DNA of 64,000 bases from the IMG/VR virus record IMGVR_UViG_3300047557_002769, positions 99,235-163,234 of that record. One strand, given 5' to 3'. The stretch comes from a virus. Each line of letters opens with the position of its first letter. Position 1 is the first letter of the stretch. The notes beneath the pieces were generated by a model. The model was given only the letters and a program-made list of their open reading frames with translations, was not told the origin of the DNA and searched no databases. Shown here piece by piece: positions 1-5,240 of the stretch. Position numbers and translations under genes: made by a program.

Positions 1-1
1 T

Positions 2-244
2 AACGTTAAGGAAGCATGGCAGCCTTTGACGTTACAAGGCGCTGGATTGTTTCATGTAGCCATGGGTGTGGTACTTGGTCTTACTACCTGGGGCAGAACA
101 CGTGAACGTATATCTACCAATCAGATGTATGCGCAGTTACCACAAGAACCACAGTTCTACGAAGAGCGTTCCGTAAGAAAAACAACTGTTAGACCGGAAA
201 TAACACCGCCTACCAGACGACCGTTTATTGACCCCGGAGATTAA
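2..244 (+). CDS. C-terminal part of a 3TM holin-like membrane protein (5' truncated by window)
   Basis: Frame open from position 2; WQPLTLQGAGLFHVAMGVVLG..WGRT motif resembles the GTA_holin_3TM-like family of T4-like phages; converges on the endolysin. Confidence 0.55.
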   Translation, partial: NVKEAWQPLTLQGAGLFHVAMGVVLGLTTWGRTRERISTNQMYAQLPQEPQFYEERSVRKTTVRPEITPPTRRPFIDPGD

Positions 245-867
245 CTCACCAGAACGTCGATAGCATGGTTGTAGTGTTTAATTCTATCGGCTAATCCTAT
301 CTTACCTCCATTTATAAGTATAGTCATACCTTCAATATCCGCTATATCAGCGAACGGATTCAAATCTCTTACATACCAGTACCAACAAGCTGAATGAACT
401 GCACCCCTAGGTGTTTCTAGATAAGTAGGTGCCTCTTCTAAACTGATGTTGCAATATTCTGCAAAGGTAGAATAGTTAGATCTACCAGTTAGTTGAATTA
501 AACCTCTACCTCTGTAACGAAAACCGTCTCCACTTGCCTCGCTGCTGTTACCCATTCTATTGGCGTAAACTTTATTAGCAATTTTTGCTGGTTGCCTGTG
601 ATAGGGTTGCGCAGACTCGAGTGTAGGAAATCGTTTGGGCCACGTACGCATTAGACCTTGTGCGCTGTAATTAAGATTTTCTTCTAGCGCAGTATAACCA
701 GCCGACTCATGAGCAGTCTGTGCAATAAATGCAGCTACTCTTTGCACCGAAATTATTTCAAACGTAGGTAGAATTTCTTCTAGCTCTTTAAACCAAACAC
801 CTACACCAAATTTAGCTTTAGGTATAAGTTCTGATAGTTTTTCTTCTGTAAAGTCGAATTCAAACAT
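241..867 (-). CDS. glycoside hydrolase family 19 endolysin
   Basis: AAFIAQTAHES, ENLNYS, YRGRGLIQLTG and INGG motifs. Confidence 0.92.
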   Translation of the reverse strand: MFEFDFTEEKLSELIPKAKFGVGVWFKELEEILPTFEIISVQRVAAFIAQTAHESAGYTALEENLNYSAQGLMRTWPKRFPTLESAQPYHRQPAKIANKVYANRMGNSSEASGDGFRYRGRGLIQLTGRSNYSTFAEYCNISLEEAPTYLETPRGAVHSACWYWYVRDLNPFADIADIEGMTILINGGKIGLADRIKHYNHAIDVLVS

Positions 868-898
868 AAGCCCTCCCTTTTTAAATATTTAGAGCTTA

Positions 899-972
899 TG
901 GTGCTGCTAGCAAGAATCGAACTTGCGTTACCGCCTTACCAAGGCGACGTAATACCATTATACTATAGCAGC
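899..972 (-). tRNA. tRNA-Thr(GGT)
   Basis: cloverleaf, anticodon loop TT-GGT-AA, encoded CCA. Confidence 0.93.
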
Positions 973-976
973 ATAT

Positions 977-1053
977 TGGCCCGTCCTGAAGAATTCGAAT
1001 CTCCAACCTCTGAGTTCGTAGCCCAGTGCACTATCCAGTTGTGCTAAGGACGG
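977..1053 (-). tRNA. tRNA-Arg(ACG)
   Basis: loop CT-ACG-AA, CCA. Confidence 0.93.
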
Positions 1054-1056
1054 TTA

Positions 1057-1131
1057 TGGATGCGGGAGACGGAATCGAACCGCCGTTCTCCAGGTTATGA
1101 GCCTGACGAGATACCTCTTCTCCATCCCGCG
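1057..1131 (-). tRNA. tRNA-fMet(CAT), initiator type
   Basis: loop CT-CAT-AA; C1:A72 mismatch; 5' CGCGGG. Confidence 0.88.
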
Positions 1132-1137
1132 TAATTT

Positions 1138-1212
1138 TGGTGGTGATAGTTGGTAACGATCCAACCTGTGAGGCGTATGAAACCCCTGCATATCCGTCTA
1201 TGCTATATCACC
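1138..1212 (-). tRNA. tRNA-Met(CAT), elongator Met or Ile2
   Basis: loop TT-CAT-AC; T-loop variant ATCGTTA; CCA. Confidence 0.82.
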
Positions 1213-1213
1213 G

Positions 1214-1306
1214 TGGTCCCCGAGGTGAGATTCGAACTCACGACCTGCCGCTTATCTGGCGCTGACGGGGTATAAATCCGCTGCTCTACCGCTGAGCTAC
1301 CCGGGG
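1214..1306 (-). tRNA. tRNA-Ile(TAT) with long variable arm
   Basis: 93 nt; loop TT-TAT-AC; ~23-nt variable region; A73-CCA. Confidence 0.85.
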
Positions 1307-1311
1307 TAAAT

Positions 1312-1401
1312 TGGCCGAGAGTCAGGGAGTCGAACCCTGTGACCGTATTACTACAGTCTACGGATTAGCAATCCGCTGCATTACCATCCTGCCCACTCTC
1401 G
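1312..1401 (-). tRNA. tRNA-Ser(GCT)
   Basis: loop TT-GCT-AA, long V-arm, G73-CCA. Confidence 0.93.
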
Positions 1402-1405
1402 TTAT

Positions 1406-1495
1406 TGGAGGAAGCGGTGGGATTCGAACCCACGGACCGCTTTCACGATCGCTAGTTTTCAAGACTAGAGCCATCAACCACTCGACCACGCTTCC
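1406..1495 (-). tRNA. tRNA-Ser(TGA)
   Basis: loop CT-TGA-AA, long V-arm, CCA. Confidence 0.93.
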
Positions 1496-1500
1496 TTAAT

Positions 1501-1576
1501 TGGTGCCGCCTCTCTGTTACGATCAGAGTTCTCTGGTTCTTCAGACCAGCGTGAGGACCACCTTCACCAAAGCGGC
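1501..1576 (-). tRNA. tRNA-Phe(GAA)
   Basis: loop CT-GAA-GA; T-loop variant ATCGTAA; CCA. Confidence 0.88.
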
Positions 1577-1580
1577 ATAT

Positions 1581-1654
1581 TGGGTTGAACCGGGGAATCG
1601 AACCCTCTCTACTTGTTTCACGGACAAGTGTGCGACCACTACACTAGGAACAAC
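1581..1654 (-). tRNA. tRNA-His(GTG)
   Basis: loop CC-GTG-AA; G-1:C73; two U-U mismatches in acceptor stem. Confidence 0.82.
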
Positions 1655-1660
1655 ATTAAC

Positions 1661-1734
1661 TGGCAGGGATGCTTGGAATCGAACCAAGGACACGGGAATC
1701 AAAATCCTGTGTGATACCATTTCACCACACCCCA
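1661..1734 (-). tRNA. tRNA-Gln(TTG)
   Basis: loop TT-TTG-AT, CCA. Confidence 0.9.
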
Positions 1735-1744
1735 ACAAAAAAAC

Positions 1745-1820
1745 TGGTCTCCGTAAGAGGATTTGAACCCCTACCGCCTGACCCCAAATCAGGAACGCTG
1801 CCAGATTACGCTATACGGAG
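1745..1820 (-). tRNA. tRNA-Pro(TGG)
   Basis: loop TT-TGG-GG, CCA. Confidence 0.92.
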
Positions 1821-1828
1821 AATAAATT

Positions 1829-1907
1829 TGGTGGACCCAATGACCAGCTACAGTCAATGCCCGCAACCAGGGTTACTGGCGGTCGCTCTTATTGCTACCG
1901 AGGGCCC
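1829..1907 (-). ncRNA. tRNA-like small RNA with Ala-type acceptor stem
   Basis: GGGCCC...GGGTCC-ACCA (G3:U70, A73), but no canonical D, anticodon or T loops. Confidence 0.65.
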
Positions 1908-1917
1908 ATAAATTGTT

Positions 1918-1993
1918 TGGTGGAAGATAGGGGAATCGAACCCCTGACTCCGACTTGCAAGGCCGGCGTGTTCCCAATTAGCACCAATCCCCC
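1918..1993 (-). tRNA. tRNA-Ala(TGC)
   Basis: loop CT-TGC-AA, G3:U70, CCA. Confidence 0.93.
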
Positions 1994-1996
1994 ATT

Positions 1997-2080
1997 ACCA
2001 TATTGAAGCACACTAGCACCACAGCAACCGGCTCAATGGCGGGGAGTCGAACCCACTTTGTTAATGCACTTCAATATGGC
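1997..2080 (-). ncRNA. conserved-stem RNA cassette, copy 1
   Basis: GCCATATTGAAGTGCATT...AGTGTGCTTCAATATGGT closing stem; cargo contains GGG-TTCGACT-CCC T-arm. Confidence 0.7.
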
Positions 2081-2292
2081 CCCAGCCCCTACACTGGGTA
2101 CATATTGTCTTCTGAGTCGGCAGAAGATTTTATCTCCTGTTGTTCCGCGTTTCTCGGACGACGATCCTCAGGCCTAGACATCCGTATGCGAAGTCCACCA
2201 TCACTCGCATATTTTTAATGACGGGGCTTTCACCCGCCTCGGTATTGTTTGCTCTGCTAACCACTAGGGAATGTGGCAACAAGAGTACCGGG
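2077..2292 (-). ncRNA. putative structured ncRNA ending in CCA
   Basis: no credible ORF; hairpins TATGCGA/TCGCATA, TCTTCTG/CAGAAGA, CCCGGTA/TACCGAG; 3' GCCA. Confidence 0.5.
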
Positions 2293-2306
2293 ACTAATTG
2301 TTAATC

Positions 2307-2381
2307 TGGTGCATCGTGAGAGGATTGAACTCCCGACCTTGGCCTTGTAAGGGCCCTGCTCTACCGCTGAGCTAACGATGC
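2307..2381 (-). tRNA. tRNA-Val(TAC)
   Basis: loop CT-TAC-AA, CCA. Confidence 0.93.
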
Positions 2382-2387
2382 GTAATA

Positions 2388-2480
2388 TGGTGGGTGTCCA
2401 CGGAGTCGAACCGCGAATGTTTACCACGAGGGACCGGATTTACAGTCCGGTGCAGCACACGCCTTAGCTGCAAGACACCC
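2388..2480 (-). tRNA. tRNA-Tyr(GTA)
   Basis: loop CT-GTA-AA, long V-arm, atypical D-arm, CCA. Confidence 0.88.
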
Positions 2481-2488
2481 ATAAAACT

Positions 2489-2565
2489 TGGCTGACCAGG
2501 TAGGGATCGAACCCACGACATCGTGATTAACAGTCACGCGCAACTACCAACTGTGCTACTGGTCA
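2489..2565 (-). tRNA. tRNA-Asn(GTT)
   Basis: loop CT-GTT-AA, CCA. Confidence 0.93.
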
Positions 2566-2573
2566 AAAAACTC

Positions 2574-2649
2574 TGGAGCGGGTAATCGGTTTCGAACCGA
2601 TGGCCTTAACTTTGGCAAAGTTACGCTCTACCAACTGAGCTATACCCGC
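2574..2649 (-). tRNA. tRNA-Gly(GCC)
   Basis: loop TT-GCC-AA, U73-CCA. Confidence 0.93.
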
Positions 2650-2652
2650 TTA

Positions 2653-2765
2653 ACCATATTGAAACACACTCGACGGAATCGAACCGTCCACCTCTGCTCC
2701 ATACGGGGCAAGGCTGTATCCAGTCAGTAGGCTTGTACTTTGCCTTGAATGTGCTTCAATATGGT
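2653..2765 (-). ncRNA. conserved-stem RNA cassette, copy 2 (tRNA-mimic cargo)
   Basis: ACCATATTGAAGCACATT...AGTGTGTTTCAATATGGT; cargo has D-arm-like CTG-ACTGGATA-CAG and T-arm GACGG-TTCGATT-CCGTC. Confidence 0.72.
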
Positions 2766-2896
2766 CTCGGGTTTGCACCGAGATCACCGACTAAACGGCT
2801 TTCGCTAGTGATTCACTCATATTACTTGCAGGTCATATGAGGCTCTATGCGATGCTTAAAGACTGATTAAAAGGGCCTGCATTAGTTACCAGTCTC
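2762..2896 (-). ncRNA. structured ncRNA with putative kissing loops, ending in ACCA
   Basis: AGACTGGT/ATCAGTCT and CTCATAT/ATATGAG hairpins whose loops carry TGCAGG and CCTGCA; terminal CTCGG/CCGAG-ACCA. Confidence 0.6.
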
Positions 2897-2900
2897 AAAA

Positions 2901-2986
2901 ACCATATTGAAACATACTGCACTAGTCAATTGAATACAGTTGACCAGTCTTCCTTATCAGTGAAGCGCAATACGTTTCAATATGGT
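2901..2986 (-). ncRNA. conserved-stem RNA cassette, copy 3
   Basis: ACCATATTGAAACGTATT...AGTATGTTTCAATATGGT; cargo hairpin ACTGGTCAACTG/CAATTGACTAGT. Confidence 0.7.
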
Positions 2987-3059
2987 GCCCCAGAGGAGAC
3001 TCGAACTCCTAAAATTTGGCTTCTAAGACCAACACGTATACCAATTCCGTCACCAGGGC
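2983..3059 (-). tRNA. tRNA-Leu(TAG), short variable arm
   Basis: loop CT-TAG-AA; 77 nt, no long V-arm; A73-CCA. Confidence 0.88.
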
Positions 3060-3068
3060 ATTATAACA

Positions 3069-3097
3069 ATTATATATTATCTTATTTTTAAAATCAA
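3069..3097 (-). promoter_or_regulatory. sigma70-type promoter inside the tRNA array
   Basis: TTGATT-N17-TATAAT. Confidence 0.7.
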
Positions 3098-3098
3098 C

Positions 3099-3173
3099 TG
3101 GCGGTCCCAAGGAGTAACGATCTCCTTCTTCATGCGTGACAGGCATGCGTGCGTCCATGAACACTTTGAGACC
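3099..3173 (-). tRNA. tRNA-Asp(GTC)
   Basis: loop CT-GTC-AC; T-loop ATCGTTA; CCA. Confidence 0.9.
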
Positions 3174-3180
3174 TTATGAA

Positions 3181-3410
3181 TTTGTTAAGCGCCAGCCACC
3201 ACATACATCGGCTGCATTATCCGCAAATTATCCCGGGTGCGGTTATGATCGGATAAGCTCTTTTACAGATAACTTATCTTCACCTAGGGTACGTCACAAT
3301 AATAATCAGCAGGCGGGTGCCATGGTACGTCCTTGAACCGTCACCTTTTTACTATGCTAGATCTTGCAAAATCATCACACAGTGCCTTTTATTAGAGACA
3401 CACTTAACAA
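3181..3410 (-). ncRNA. putative ~230-nt ncRNA closed by an 11-bp terminal stem
   Basis: TTTGTTAAGTG...CGCTTAACAAA ends; internal hairpins GATAAGTT/AGCTTATC, CCGCA/TGCGG, CAGCC/GGCTG. Confidence 0.55.
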
Positions 3411-3414
3411 AACT

Positions 3415-3489
3415 TGGTACTCCTGAAGGGTTTCGATCCCTCTTTTCCGCCTTGAAAGGGCAGCGTCCTAGCCAGTAGACGACAGGAGC
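3415..3489 (-). tRNA. tRNA-Glu(TTC)
   Basis: loop CT-TTC-AA; T-loop ATCGAAA; CCA. Confidence 0.9.
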
Positions 3490-3496
3490 ATTATTC

Positions 3497-3570
3497 TGGC
3501 ATCCCGGGAGGGACTCGAACCCCCACAAACGGTTTTGGAGACCGCTATGCTGCCATTACACCACCGAGAT
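3497..3570 (-). tRNA. tRNA-Trp(CCA)
   Basis: loop CT-CCA-AA, CCA end. Confidence 0.92.
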
Positions 3571-3571
3571 A

Positions 3572-3883
3572 TTAATAACCGTTTGCGAATACGGTTTTTT
3601 GAGTAACTTCTTGAACAAAGGCACCGCATGTATACGTATCACCTTGTCTTGCGACGTTACGACCGTTCGCAAATACATTAGGGCTAAACGAGTTGATAGT
3701 TGTTGAATAAACAGGTGGGCAGTGCGTGTGTGGAGTATTCGTATCATCTTTACGATGTATTCCTACCCCTGCAACAAACACATTCGTAGAACAACTTAAA
3801 GTTCTAATAAGCCCCGGAACAATACATACCGGGTGTCCCGTGTTAACAATATCAACCTCGTCGCCTCTTGCAATTAATGGCAT
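3572..3883 (-). CDS. PAAR-domain baseplate spike tip protein (T4 gp5.4-like)
   Basis: MPLIARGD...NVFVAG...HTHC...NVFANGRNVARQGD..CG; start moved to ATG 3883 after GGAGG RBS. Confidence 0.85.
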   Translation of the reverse strand: MPLIARGDEVDIVNTGHPVCIVPGLIRTLSCSTNVFVAGVGIHRKDDTNTPHTHCPPVYSTTINSFSPNVFANGRNVARQGDTYTCGAFVQEVTQKTVFANGY

Positions 3884-3915
3884 ATTATCCTCCTTTTTAT
3901 ATTTAGGATAATAAC

Positions 3916-3993
3916 TGGAGTATCGGGTCAGATTCGAACTGACGGTTTTACGGATTTGCAATCCGTTGCCTTTGACCGCTCGGCCACCGATAC
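3916..3993 (-). tRNA. tRNA-Cys(GCA)
   Basis: loop TT-GCA-AA, U73-CCA. Confidence 0.92.
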
Positions 3994-3995
3994 AC

Positions 3996-4122
3996 TACCA
4001 TATTGAAACACACTGCACTATCTAGATGCTTAAGTAGCTGTCACCGGCCGGTTTGTATCTACTATCTACACCCTACGCTCTCTTGGCCAAGAGAATGGCT
4101 TGCAATGTGCTTCAATATGGTA
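3996..4122 (-). ncRNA. conserved-stem RNA cassette, copy 4
   Basis: TACCATATTGAAGCACATTGCA...TGCAGTGTGTTTCAATATGGTA; cargo with TCTCTT/AAGAGA and TAGAT/ATCTA helices. Confidence 0.7.
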
Positions 4123-4191
4123 GGGCTGGAGGGTAACGATCCCTCTTCTACGGATTAAAAGTCCGTTGCTTCACCTTAAAGCTTCAACCCC
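4118..4191 (-). tRNA. tRNA-Lys(TTT)
   Basis: loop CT-TTT-AA; T-loop ATCGTTA; CCA. Confidence 0.9.
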
Positions 4192-4195
4192 AATA

Positions 4196-4269
4196 TGGTA
4201 CCCACAACAGGTAACGATCCTGTGTCTCTCGGTTATCAGCCGAGTGCTCTACCTTTGAGCTATGCGGGT
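4196..4269 (-). tRNA. tRNA-Ile(GAT)
   Basis: loop CT-GAT-AA; T-loop ATCGTTA; CCA. Confidence 0.9.
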
Positions 4270-4291
4270 ACTTAAAGTACTGATATGTAAG

Positions 4292-4304
4292 TTTTTAAAG
4301 AACA
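4292..4304 (-). promoter_or_regulatory. boxA-like antitermination site
   Basis: TGTTCTTTAAAAA vs rrn boxA TGCTCTTTAACA, between the promoter and the first tRNA. Confidence 0.65.
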
Positions 4305-4316
4305 ATTGATAGAAGA

Positions 4317-4345
4317 ATTATAACTCATCTATCGTTATTGCGCAA
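4317..4345 (-). promoter_or_regulatory. proximal sigma70 promoter of the tRNA array
   Basis: TTGCGC-N17-TATAAT. Confidence 0.72.
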
Positions 4346-4369
4346 CTGTTACGACGACTGTTACGCAAT

Positions 4370-4401
4370 AAAAAACCCCTAGGGTTTTGAAGCCTAGGGG
4401 T
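4370..4401 (-). terminator. intrinsic terminator (attenuator terminator)
   Basis: CCCCTAGG-loop-CCTAGGGG followed by TTTTTT. Confidence 0.85.
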
Positions 4402-4437
4402 ACGTGTTTAGAACAGTTTACTCTTTACACGTACCCC
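4397..4437 (-). promoter_or_regulatory. antiterminator hairpin overlapping the terminator 5' arm
   Basis: GGGGTACGTGT (4437-4427) is the perfect reverse complement of ACACGTACCCC (4407-4397). Confidence 0.78.
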
Positions 4438-4538
4438 GGTGGATTATCCCACTCTGAGGCCACACAAATGCCAAAGCGATAGCCGGGCATTTGACTGCCT
4501 GTCGATCTCTTTGTTAGTTGATGCATTTGTGTTAACAT
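4425..4538 (-). CDS. leader peptide containing all 20 amino acids (MLTQMHQLTKRSTGSQMPGYRFGICVASEWDNPPGYV)
   Basis: hand translation; ATG 7 nt after the -10 box, no SD (leaderless); last codons and stop lie on the antiterminator arm. Confidence 0.78.
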   Translation of the reverse strand: MLTQMHQLTKRSTGSQMPGYRFGICVASEWDNPPGYV

Positions 4539-4544
4539 ACGTGA

Positions 4545-4573
4545 ATTATAAGCTATTTCTTAACTTTGTGCAA
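4545..4573 (-). promoter_or_regulatory. distal promoter driving the leader peptide
   Basis: TTGCAC-N17-TATAAT, same form as the phage early promoters. Confidence 0.8.
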
Positions 4574-4622
4574 CTGTTACATTGCGTGTTTCGTACTAAT
4601 ATATAGGCTTGAAAGACTATTT

Positions 4623-5240
4623 TTAATCAGTTTTTATATTATATTCCCACATTTTTGTAAAATCAACTGTAAGATCTTCGCTGTACGCCCATTGAGGTTT
4701 ATCTTCTTCGTATTTCCAATTAATTACCGGTTCGCCTTTTTTAATGATCGTAATATTAGAGAACTTTCCGTTACTAGCAGGCGCGTTGATAATAGCGTTA
4801 GATATCTTATAAGGTCGATTGCTAATAAACGTCAGAGTGTCTTCAAGATATTTTTGACGAGTGGTGTCATGGAACATCAGATAACCACCCACCTTAAGTT
4901 TATCCCAATACTTCTCTGCAAATCCAAGACGACTCGTTCTAAGACCATCCACAAAGATCAGATCAACTTCAGGTACCTTATAAGGGTCGCCGTACTTGAA
5001 CAATTTTACTTTCTCACTAGTACCAAGAAAGTCAAGACGTTTCTTCGTTAGTGCAAGCCAGTCGTCGTCTTCCTCGACGCTGATAATAGGGTTAGGTGAG
5101 ACCTGGCTGAAGATCAGAGTACTACCTCCAACTCCAAACTCAAGAATAGATGCAGACTTACTACCATATTCGGCAAGCAAGTCTGCATCTTCCAGGCTCA
5201 GCTTACCTACCCATTTAATTCCAGGTAGGTACTTAAGCAT
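4623..5240 (-). CDS. class I SAM-dependent methyltransferase
   Basis: ILEFGVGGST, DLIFVDG, LKVGGYLMFHD motifs. Confidence 0.85.
   Translation of the reverse strand: MLKYLPGIKWVGKLSLEDADLLAEYGSKSASILEFGVGGSTLIFSQVSPNPIISVEEDDDWLALTKKRLDFLGTSEKVKLFKYGDPYKVPEVDLIFVDGLRTSRLGFAEKYWDKLKVGGYLMFHDTTRQKYLEDTLTFISNRPYKISNAIINAPASNGKFSNITIIKKGEPVINWKYEEDKPQWAYSEDLTVDFTKMWEYNIKTD

Noticed and set aside
1138-1212. Possible TCA (opal suppressor/Sec) tRNA and genome recoding
   Set aside because: Stem register places CAT as the anticodon, and core genes translate intact with the standard code.
1829-2292. Full tmRNA or RNase P RNA
   Set aside because: No tag reading frame, canonical T-loop or recognisable RNase P core found by eye; kept only as unknown ncRNAs.
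1311-3336. ORF-track entries over the tRNA array
   Set aside because: They overlap clear tRNA cloverleafs or structured RNAs; shadow ORFs.
3884-3961. N-terminal extension of the PAAR ORF
   Set aside because: Overlaps tRNA-Cys; the SD supports a start at 3883.
1997-4122. CCATATTGAA repeats as a CRISPR array or MITE/IS ends
   Set aside because: They are inverted pairs at irregular spacing with G-U-compatible variation. There are no cas or transposase genes and no target-site duplications.
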